Positions 1 to 7,702 of a stretch of DNA of 64,000 nt are shown here, piece after piece. This DNA is from an uncultured Alphaproteobacteria bacterium (GTDB lineage Bacteria; Pseudomonadota; Alphaproteobacteria; RF32; CAG-239), in NCBI GenBank assembly GCA_910577095.1, contig CAJTLY010000001.1, positions 40,063-104,062 of the forward strand, in the 5' to 3' direction. The position numbers and the translations under genes were made by a program. Position 1 is the stretch's first letter. Each line of letters opens with the position of its first letter. The notes beneath the pieces were generated by a model. That model had not been told where the DNA came from. It did no database searches and saw nothing but the letters and a program-made list of their open reading frames with translations.

Positions 1-321
1 TGAAATACTTTGTTTGATCGTTCGGCAGTTGAACCGCAACCACGTCGGCATCGTCTTTTTGACTCTCTTCGGCCGGAGACCACGTGATATTTTTCGATGT
101 TGCGAAAGCTTCCGGTTTCAGATCGATTTTGTAATACTTAGTCGTCAGCTTACCGTCCGTATCCGGTTCCTGTAATGTGAAGTTATAGTCGTTTTCTGAC
201 CCTTCGGAATAGGAAAATACGCTGTTTTCTTCCAAAGTCGGGGTTAGAGAGGCGGCAACGGTCGGCGCGCTCAAAAAAGTGGTCGCCGTTAAGGCTATTG
301 CCCAAGAAGTATGCTTAGTCA
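1..321 (-). CDS. hypothetical secreted protein, N-terminal part (gene runs off the window start)
   Basis: The minus-strand frame is open from the ATG at 321-319 to the window edge. It begins MTKHTSWAIALTATTFLSAPTVAA (signal-peptide-like) and has an AAGGA SD-like motif upstream. No family recognised. Confidence 0.4.
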
Positions 322-531
322 TTTACACAATCCTTAATTAAATGCATTTAAACGATCGTTTTTTGATACGCCTTAAGTGTAGGTTGAAATTTTTTAAAAA
401 TCAATTGTAAGTTATTTGAAATCAACAATTTTATTTATTTTCTGCAAAATTTGTTATCGGCGTTCGGCCATAGCAAAAAAACGATCCTTTTTTTGATACG
501 TTTTTATATAAAGTTTTCTGCTTTGGATATG

Positions 532-560
532 AAAAAAGGCGCTGTGCAGCGCCTTTTTTC
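532..560. terminator. bidirectional rho-independent terminator downstream of accC
   Basis: GGCGCT-GTGC-AGCGCC hairpin flanked by an A-run and a T-run (aaaaaaggcgctgtgcagcgcctttttt). Confidence 0.7.
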
Positions 561-582
561 GATTTTCGTTTTAGCAAAAATA

Positions 583-1932
583 TTATTTTTGACTCAGCTT
601 GTCTTTCATGTAATGTTCCAGCCAGTGAATATTGTACATGCCGTCAATATATTCCTGCTGGGAAATGATTTGCTGATGCAGCGGAATTGTCGTTTGAACG
701 CCTTCAATGACAAATTCTTCCAGTGCCCGGCGCATCCGCATGATCGCGGCGTTGCGCGTCGGTGCGTGAACAATCAGCTTGGCAATCATGCTGTCATAAA
801 ACGGCGGGATCGCATATCCCGAATAGATTTCCGAATCAACCCGTACACCCAAACCGCCGGGAGCATGCCATTCGGTGATTTTGCCGGGGCAGGGGGTGAA
901 TGTTTCCGGATTTTCGGCATTGATACGGCACTCAATGGCATGACCGCTGAACTTGATGTCCTTTTGTTCATACCCGAGAGCGGCGCCGCTGGCGATTCTT
1001 ATTTGTTCGCGAACAAGGTCAATGCCGCTGACGGCTTCGGTTACCGGATGTTCTACCTGTAAACGGGTATTCATTTCCATAAAGTAAAATTTTCCGTCTT
1101 CATACAGAAACTCGAGTGTTCCGGCATTGAAATAACCGATTTTGGCAATTGCTTTGCGGACAATTTCTCCGATTTCTTCCCGTTGAGCCTGATTGAGGGC
1201 CGGGGAAGGCGATTCTTCGATTACTTTTTGGTTGTTGCGCTGAATAGAACAATCGCGTTCGCCGAGGTGAACCACGTTTCCGTATTTGTCGGCCAAAACC
1301 TGCATTTCTATATGACGCGGTTTTTGCAAATATTTTTCCATATAAACGACATCGGTCGGAAAAGCGGCTTTTGCTTCGGCGCGGGCCATGGTATAGGCTT
1401 CTTTGAGATCATCGTCGCCGAACGCAACTTTCATGCCTTTGCCGCCGCCGCCGTCTTTGGCTTTGATAATGATCGGATAGCCGATTTCATGTGCCCACTT
1501 TTCAGCGTCTTCGAGAGTATCCAACGAAGGCGAACCCGGCGTTACCGGGATGCCGGCTTCGACAGCGGCCTGTCGGGCGGTGATTTTGTCGCCCATCTTG
1601 CGCATTTGAGCGGCGCTGGGACCGATGAACGTAATGCCGTGTTCTTCAACCATTTCGGCAAAATCCGCATTTTCGGAAAGAAAACCGAAACCGGGATGAA
1701 TGGCGTCGGCGCCGGTGACCAGCGCCGCCGAAATGATGGCGGATTTGTTAAGATAAGAATCGACCGAACGGGCCGGCCCGATACAAACCGCTTCGTCAGC
1801 CAGCCGCACGTGCATGGCGTTGGCGTCGGCTTCCGAATGGACAGCCACCGTACGAATCCCCATTTCGCGACAGGCACGGTGGATTCGTAAAGCAATTTCG
1901 CCGCGGTTGGCAATTAAAACTTTTTCAAACAT
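583..1932 (-). CDS. accC: acetyl-CoA carboxylase, biotin carboxylase subunit
   Basis: N-terminus MFEKVLIANRGEIALRIHRACREMGI with full-length ATP-grasp biotin carboxylase similarity. Start moved to ATG 1932 (AGGAAA SD upstream); the ORF-track start at 1947 is a TTG. Lies directly downstream of accB. Confidence 0.95.
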   Translation of the reverse strand: MFEKVLIANRGEIALRIHRACREMGIRTVAVHSEADANAMHVRLADEAVCIGPARSVDSYLNKSAIISAALVTGADAIHPGFGFLSENADFAEMVEEHGITFIGPSAAQMRKMGDKITARQAAVEAGIPVTPGSPSLDTLEDAEKWAHEIGYPIIIKAKDGGGGKGMKVAFGDDDLKEAYTMARAEAKAAFPTDVVYMEKYLQKPRHIEMQVLADKYGNVVHLGERDCSIQRNNQKVIEESPSPALNQAQREEIGEIVRKAIAKIGYFNAGTLEFLYEDGKFYFMEMNTRLQVEHPVTEAVSGIDLVREQIRIASGAALGYEQKDIKFSGHAIECRINAENPETFTPCPGKITEWHAPGGLGVRVDSEIYSGYAIPPFYDSMIAKLIVHAPTRNAAIMRMRRALEEFVIEGVQTTIPLHQQIISQQEYIDGMYNIHWLEHYMKDKLSQK

Positions 1933-1953
1933 GATATTTTCCTGCAATAGTTG

Positions 1954-2439
1954 CTATTCAATCACGATCAAAGGTTCGCCGTATTCAACCGGATCGCCGC
2001 TTTCGACCAGAATTTTGGTTACTTTGCCGGAAACCTGTGCCTTGACCGGATTGAAAGTTTTCATCGCTTCGATCAGGCAAACCGTATCGCCCTGAGTGAC
2101 ACTGTCGCCGATTTTGACATAGTTGGGCGTGTTGGGATCGCTGGAAAGATAAACCACGCCGACCATCGGCGATTTGACGCATCCCGGAAGCTTGGAAAGG
2201 TCGGCGGCGCTGTCGGCAGCCGGTGCGGCAACGGGAGCAGCTGCAGGCGCGGCAGCAGGTGCGGGAACGGGAGCGGCAGCCGGTGCAAACGGCATCGGTG
2301 CAGCGGCGGGAACCGGCGCATGCGATCTGATTAAGGAGATTCGGCAAGTTTCGGTTTCATATTCCAACTCCGCCAAGTCGTTTACTTTCAAAATGGCGGC
2401 CAATCTGCTAACAATTTTGGTATCCAAAGGATCAGACAT
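1954..2439 (-). CDS. accB: acetyl-CoA carboxylase, biotin carboxyl carrier protein
   Basis: 161 aa with an Ala/Pro-rich linker and a C-terminal biotinyl domain carrying an EAMK motif (CLIEAMKTFNPV). Classic accB-accC order. Confidence 0.93.
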   Translation of the reverse strand: MSDPLDTKIVSRLAAILKVNDLAELEYETETCRISLIRSHAPVPAAAPMPFAPAAAPVPAPAAAPAAAPVAAPAADSAADLSKLPGCVKSPMVGVVYLSSDPNTPNYVKIGDSVTQGDTVCLIEAMKTFNPVKAQVSGKVTKILVESGDPVEYGEPLIVIE

Positions 2440-2606
2440 TTAATTTCTCTCTGTAAAGATTAATACTAGACACTCGTTTGTACCCCAATGTGTTTCATAA
2501 AACAACAAAAATATTCAAAAATCGGCTATTTTTTGCTAAAAATACCCCAAAAACAGCGAAAAACAGTCATTTTTATTTATTTTAGAATGTGCAGATATAA
2601 GAAATT

Positions 2607-2942
2607 TTAACGGCGCTTGCGCATCAGTTTGCCAAAGCCGGTGCGAATACTGCCTTTGGTGTGGGAATAAACGACTTCTTCTTCGCTGTTCATCTCCAGC
2701 AGGTCTTTGTACAGTTCCTGATTGTCGGCTGCCCGGCCGGTTTCGGCGATGATTTCCAAATCTTTTAAATAATCGTCATAAGCCTGTTGGAATTTCGGTT
2801 TTTCCATGGCGTCAAACTTTGCCAGCAGAGCAGTCGCGGCATCGGTCCCCTGTCGGGCATATTCTTCTTCCGAGATTGTCTGTTCGGCACGACAGGCAAA
2901 AGAAAAAACAAGACCGGCCGCCCAAAATATCCATTTTTTCAT
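2607..2942 (-). CDS. hypothetical small secreted protein
   Basis: 111 aa with N-terminal signal peptide MKKWIFWAAGLVFSFACRAEQ. No family recognised. Confidence 0.55.
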   Translation of the reverse strand: MKKWIFWAAGLVFSFACRAEQTISEEEYARQGTDAATALLAKFDAMEKPKFQQAYDDYLKDLEIIAETGRAADNQELYKDLLEMNSEEEVVYSHTKGSIRTGFGKLMRKRR

Positions 2943-3029
2943 TTTTACTCTCCCAACTGCAAAGATACTAAATTTATATTAACGAATTAATGGTAAACAT
3001 ATTATTATCAAAACAAACTGGAATAAGAA

Positions 3030-3746
3030 ATGAAACGCTTTTTTTATCTGCTGCTTTTTGTCTTGCTGGACGCAAACCGGGCCGCCGCGTGGAGTTACGG
3101 CGAATTTGTTTCCTGCCATTCGCTCAATCCGATGCCGGCCGTAACTTTTAAAACCTCTTACGGGCAATTGGTACACGATTTTAATCTGACGACTTCGGAA
3201 ATAACTTCCAGAGCGCACCTGAAAGAAAAAGGATTTTTTGCCGACGGTTTGGCGGTGGCGGGACCGCGCATTTCCTTCCGTCTGTTGCGTTATACCGTTC
3301 GTCAGCTTGACGATAACGCCACCTGTGTTTTGCCGGCGGAAGTGGAGTTCTTCTTCGGTTACAGCCAGCCGGAGATTTTTGTTTCCAAAGATTTGGACAA
3401 AGACAGCTGCCGTTTTTCGGTCGTAATCCGCCACGAACAGGTACATCAGCGAATCAACAAACTGGTGCTGGAATATTTTCTGCCGCTGATCAGCAACGAA
3501 CTGCAGCAGGCCGTGCGTGACGTCAAAGCGGTAAAAGTCGCTTCTCCCGAACAGGCTCAGGAAGGGGCAATGCAGTTGATGAAATATTATCATGCACGGC
3601 TGGAACCGATTTTGAACATGTACCGCCAAGTGTTGGACAATGAACAGAAAAAACTCGACAACATGACCAATTACGGCAATGAATGGGAATTGTGCCGCAA
3701 ATACGAGAGCGAACGTCGTCAGAAAGATGCGGAAGCAGACGAGTAG
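3030..3746 (+). CDS. hypothetical secreted protein with HExxH motif (possible DUF922-like Zn-peptidase)
   Basis: 238 aa with signal peptide MKRFFYLLLFVLLDANRAAA and an HEQVH motif (VVIRHEQVHQRI). Family assignment is from memory only. Confidence 0.6.
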   Translation: MKRFFYLLLFVLLDANRAAAWSYGEFVSCHSLNPMPAVTFKTSYGQLVHDFNLTTSEITSRAHLKEKGFFADGLAVAGPRISFRLLRYTVRQLDDNATCVLPAEVEFFFGYSQPEIFVSKDLDKDSCRFSVVIRHEQVHQRINKLVLEYFLPLISNELQQAVRDVKAVKVASPEQAQEGAMQLMKYYHARLEPILNMYRQVLDNEQKKLDNMTNYGNEWELCRKYESERRQKDAEADE

Positions 3747-3810
3747 TGAAAAACACCGTCGTTAATTTTCCGTTTTTACATATCTGTCAAAAATTAGACA
3801 AATTTTTTGA

Positions 3811-3839
3811 TTGACCTGCCGAACAATATATATTATACT
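3811..3839 (+). promoter_or_regulatory. candidate sigma70-type promoter upstream of the 4067 gene
   Basis: TTGACC, 17-nt spacer, TATACT. It would give a leader of about 220 nt. Confidence 0.35.
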
Positions 3840-4066
3840 TGCTTTCAGTATAAAAAAGTATTGTGTCCTATTATTCAAGCCGAAATTTCATAAATTTTTT
3901 CGCGTGCTTCGATGCACCGGTTTTTATGATTGATTGAAAGCCTGTCTCAATGCAAAAATGCTTTTTGATACCGGATAATACATTTTAAATCACATAAAAA
4001 AATTGCTTTATGAAAGGAATCTTTTCAGTTAAAGACGCCGGTAAATGGTGGAAAGGAGAGGTGACC

Positions 4067-5044
4067 ATGCGTTACAATCTCCTGTTGTTGGTCAAATTGC
4101 TGGGCCTGCTGATTGCTCTCCCGTTCATCCTTCTTTTCTATCTCGGAAAAGGACTGTGGGCAGGGCTGGTATGGGTGGCCAAGCATGTTCTCAAACCGGT
4201 TTTCTTCTGGCTTGCCGTTGGGTTGACGGCCCTGTGGATGTGGCTTCGAGCCCGATTTGAACGCAAATCGGCGCCGAAAAACGCCCGGCCCGAAACAGCC
4301 GAACCGCAAACGTCTCAACGTCAGCACGACCGCGCGATGTGGATCGTGCTGGCGCTGGCGCTTCTGGTGGCGTTGTTCGCTTTGTGGAGAAGCTGCTCCT
4401 CGGCGCCCGAAACGTTGACGGATGAACCTGCCGTTGTCTATGACCGGGCCTTTGACGAAGTTATCGTTGCCCGTGCTTATCTTGACGGTGTGCAGAGAGA
4501 AGTTTCCGGCGAGTGCCCCCGTGCATTGGTCGGATTCAAGTTCATCAACAATCAGCCGGTAGAAAAATACGATTTCGACGGTCTGACCTACGAAAAGGCG
4601 GTCAAGGTTGTTGCCGAAGACTGGAAGCCGTTGGTAACCGACAATCTGAACCCGGAAGTGCGACTGAGCCCTCAGCAAATGGCGGTGGTCACTCTGGCAG
4701 CGATGCGGATGGGAAAATACGGTTTTGCCCGTTCGACTTTCCTCAGGAAAGTAAACGAGGGAGACTTGGCGGGCGCAGGCGAATGGCTGTTGCTGCAAAA
4801 GTCCGACGGTTCTGTCCGCGAGACCGGAGACGAACCCAAACAGTATTTTTATATTCTGCGTCTGTTGTGGAACGGTGATCTGGCAATTCGGGATCTGCTC
4901 GATTTCCCGATGTTCTCGTACAGAGCGATCAACATCAGTTCGGTGTATACGGTTGAGGGGGAATATATCTTCAACCCCGAGATCAAAAACAGGCTGATGC
5001 GCGGAAGCTTTGCAACCCCGCGGGAAGCTCTTGAGCTTTATTAA
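4067..5044 (+). CDS. membrane-anchored protein with C-terminal GH24 (phage lysozyme)-like domain
   Basis: Start set at ATG 4067 behind a strong AAGGAGAGG SD (ORF track starts at 4010). Hydrophobic N-terminus of 2-3 TM segments. The C-terminus LSPQQMAVVTLAAMRMGKYGFARSTFLRKVNEGDLAGAGEWLLL fits the conserved C-lobe pattern of lambda/T4-type lysozymes. No obvious catalytic E...D...T motif. Confidence 0.65.
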   Translation: MRYNLLLLVKLLGLLIALPFILLFYLGKGLWAGLVWVAKHVLKPVFFWLAVGLTALWMWLRARFERKSAPKNARPETAEPQTSQRQHDRAMWIVLALALLVALFALWRSCSSAPETLTDEPAVVYDRAFDEVIVARAYLDGVQREVSGECPRALVGFKFINNQPVEKYDFDGLTYEKAVKVVAEDWKPLVTDNLNPEVRLSPQQMAVVTLAAMRMGKYGFARSTFLRKVNEGDLAGAGEWLLLQKSDGSVRETGDEPKQYFYILRLLWNGDLAIRDLLDFPMFSYRAINISSVYTVEGEYIFNPEIKNRLMRGSFATPREALELY

Positions 5045-5060
5045 CTGAAAGCTTACACGG

Positions 5061-5103
5061 AAAGAAAGTCCTTCAACCTTAGGGTTGAAGGACTTTCTTT
5101 TTA
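5061..5103 (+). terminator. rho-independent terminator
   Basis: 18-bp stem aaagaaagtccttcaacc/ggttgaaggactttcttt followed by TT. Confidence 0.8.
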
Positions 5104-5177
5104 AATGAAATATAGAAATAGACAAAATTAAACAATTATGCTAACATAATCCAAAAATCACCACAGGCGGGATAAAA

Positions 5178-7100
5178 ATGCTGAAGAGCAAAGCTTATGA
5201 ACATTTACTGAATATTTCCGAAAGCGCGGACCGCACGTTTGAAGACTTTTTAAGTCAGTACGAAATTCTTGCCGAAGTGGTAAAAGAATTTCCCGATTTG
5301 TCTTCGTATGTTTTGCCGATTGTGGTGGGGACGGTTGCCGACCGCGGTTTTAACGCCGATGTTCAGCCGACGGCGGCAAAAGTTTTTAATACGGCGGCTT
5401 TGCAACTCAATTCTGCCGAGATCATGGAAAGTTTCAACCGATTATTTGTCAAAAATCCGCGTTTTGCTTTTTATACACTGCCGGATTTGCTCAAATCGCG
5501 GCCGGATCTCTGTTCGGCTGTGTTTCCGAAATTGTTGCAAGAAGCATTGAATGTTGATGATAACGGAATGAATGCATGTGCTTCGGCACTGGCGGCGGCA
5601 GTTGTTAACGCCGAGCCGGCACCGGCGTCCGCGATGTTGGAACAAGTTTTTGCCGATGACGCGGAGAAGAGGCCGCTGAGCCGCAAATTATATGGTGCTT
5701 TGGGTAAAATTTATTCGGTTCACCCTCAATTAAAGGAACAAATTTTCGGGCTTTTGGAAGCCGGAGCGGGTAGCGAGCCCGAACTGTACGGTGCTTTATA
5801 TCGTAATTTGGGGAAAATGGCGGCTTTTGATGCCGGAATTTACGATCGTTGTTTAACCGTAATGGAAAAATATGTTACGCTGCCGCAAAACACGCCTTTT
5901 TCGCTTTCTCAGGCGTATAAAAGCGTCGGAGAGACTTTGTTGCCGGTGTGCGAGGATCAAAAACAAAGATTGGAAGCTTTTCTTCGTCTGGGGCTGGAAA
6001 ACCCGGCCAACAATCTTTCGTCACGCAAAATTGCATGGCGGCTTCTTAATCAGCGGGATCAGCTGGTCAGCCGTGTTTTGCTGGGAAGGCGCGGCGAAAA
6101 AAACGAACAAAACAAATTCGGCTGGTATAAGGCCGATTGTATTGACAGAACCGAAACCTGCGTGTTGGTGCTGGGCGGTGACGGCGTGCGAAACGAAAAG
6201 GCGGCTAACGGTTATATGGGGGATATATACCGGCTGCTGGAAGAAAACGGTCTCGAAGATCTGGTCAAAGTTTACGGGGCGGTATATGATTTTGGCGAAT
6301 ATATGAATGAGAATGATGCCCGGACTCAGCTGTTTCGGGAACATCGCCGAAAAATAGAGCTTAAGAGGCCGATCGATCCTGATTCTGTCAATCCGGCCTA
6401 TGTCCGAAAGATTTTTGATGCCGTCGTCAAGCCGCGTCTGACCGATGCCGACGGGACCCGGATTGACGGCGATAAAGCGGCCGACAATGTTCGGAAGCTG
6501 ACGATTGTTGCTCATTGTCACGGCGCTTATACGGCCTTAAAACTGGAACAGATGATGCAGTCGGAAGCGGAGCTGCTCGGATACGATGCCGAAGAACGCC
6601 GTTTGATTCAAAAACAGATGCTGGTGCTGGCTCAATCTCCGTATTGCCCGCTCGGTGAATCGCGTTCGACGTTTATCTCGTTTGGTTCTGCCGCCGATTA
6701 CGAAGTGAACCATTATAATTTATTTGAAAAGTCGCTGCGGGCGTTAAATCGGGAAAAGCCGATCCCGCTCAGCTATTTTCCGGACCGGCAGGGAAACATT
6801 TTTTTGACCGGCAGTATGGGGAGCGAATATGAACAGCATAATTTCTGGGGCTGCCATCCGTTGCCGGAAATGAGCCGCGAAGGACAGGCTCTGACGGCTT
6901 TGTCGGCAAAAATCCTCATAAACGGCCTTCGCAACGCCCTGGAAGCATCGCCTCGGCTGCCGTCGGTGGAGCAGCTTGCGGCAACCGATGCTGCCAGTCG
7001 GGAATTGTTCGATCAAATGACCAAAAACGGCAAAGAGGTTTATAAACAAATTTGTCTTCTGGCGCGCAAGGCGGCCCGGAGCGGTTCCTTCTACGAATAA
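5178..7100 (+). CDS. hypothetical 640-aa protein (helical-repeat N-half, unknown C-half)
   Basis: Long ORF with normal composition and a GGCGGGA SD-like motif before the ATG. No signal peptide and no family recognised. Confidence 0.7.
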   Translation: MLKSKAYEHLLNISESADRTFEDFLSQYEILAEVVKEFPDLSSYVLPIVVGTVADRGFNADVQPTAAKVFNTAALQLNSAEIMESFNRLFVKNPRFAFYTLPDLLKSRPDLCSAVFPKLLQEALNVDDNGMNACASALAAAVVNAEPAPASAMLEQVFADDAEKRPLSRKLYGALGKIYSVHPQLKEQIFGLLEAGAGSEPELYGALYRNLGKMAAFDAGIYDRCLTVMEKYVTLPQNTPFSLSQAYKSVGETLLPVCEDQKQRLEAFLRLGLENPANNLSSRKIAWRLLNQRDQLVSRVLLGRRGEKNEQNKFGWYKADCIDRTETCVLVLGGDGVRNEKAANGYMGDIYRLLEENGLEDLVKVYGAVYDFGEYMNENDARTQLFREHRRKIELKRPIDPDSVNPAYVRKIFDAVVKPRLTDADGTRIDGDKAADNVRKLTIVAHCHGAYTALKLEQMMQSEAELLGYDAEERRLIQKQMLVLAQSPYCPLGESRSTFISFGSAADYEVNHYNLFEKSLRALNREKPIPLSYFPDRQGNIFLTGSMGSEYEQHNFWGCHPLPEMSREGQALTALSAKILINGLRNALEASPRLPSVEQLAATDAASRELFDQMTKNGKEVYKQICLLARKAARSGSFYE

Positions 7101-7251
7101 CGGTTGCCCGTGAAGCGTAATCTTGGTTCCTGCCGATTGCAATTTGTTGTATTTGTGGGGTTTTGTAAAAAAATATAAAAAATTTACGAAAATCGTAAAA
7201 ATATGCTGGACAATAAAAAAAATATCTATTATAAACTTTTTCGTTATCCAT

Positions 7252-7306
<55 letters not shown>

Positions 7307-7327
<21 letters not shown>

Positions 7328-7382
7328 CTTAAAAAACCGCCGTTTGGCGGTTTTTTGTGTTTGTCGGAACCGCCGGCACGAG
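7307..7382. repeat. direct repeat copy 1 (last 21 nt of tRNA-Phe plus 55-nt downstream flank including terminator)
   Basis: 76 nt identical to 7549-7624. Contains the terminator hairpin CCGCC-GTTT-GGCGG plus T-run at 7331-7357. Confidence 0.95.
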
Positions 7383-7548
7383 CGTGGAGGCGCTGGAGAA
7401 AGAAAAAAACTTCCGGCGGAAGTTTTTTCGACGACAGGCGAAGTCTTGTTATTTTGCGAACGAGCGGCAGCGAAGTTGGCAAAAGTTACAAGACAAGTGA
7501 CCGCAGCGCGTTAGCGATTGCCCGGAGGGCAGAGCTTATAAGCAAGAA

Positions 7549-7624
7549 CGATCCCGTCCCCGAGCACCACTTAAAAAACCGCCGTTTGGCGGTTTTTTGT
7601 GTTTGTCGGAACCGCCGGCACGAG
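7549..7624. repeat. direct repeat copy 2 (orphan tRNA-Phe 3' fragment plus the same flank and terminator)
   Basis: Perfect 76-nt copy of 7307-7382, 242 bp downstream. The two copies are separated by a 166-nt unique insert (7383-7548). Confidence 0.95.
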
Positions 7625-7702
7625 TATAGTGTGCAAAGTTAACAAAAAAGTTACGAATTGCCTGTATCATCCTGCCCCGATAAAACCAAAAGGGAGATAA
7701 CA

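Noticed and set aside
1985-2443. Several Ala/Gly/Arg-rich ORFs overlapping accB in other frames
   Set aside because: They are generated by the GC-rich Ala/Pro linker of accB. The accB frame carries the biotinyl-domain motif.
3846-4066. Possible riboswitch or sRNA in the ~220-nt leader downstream of the TTGACC-17-TATACT promoter
   Set aside because: It is AT-rich with only short, weak hairpins, and I recognise no conserved riboswitch core. The evidence is insufficient.
4025-5125. 366-aa ORF on the minus strand
   Set aside because: It is antisense to the lysozyme-like membrane protein gene, which has a strong SD, TM helices and a terminator in the + orientation. The minus-strand frame is Arg/Gln-rich.
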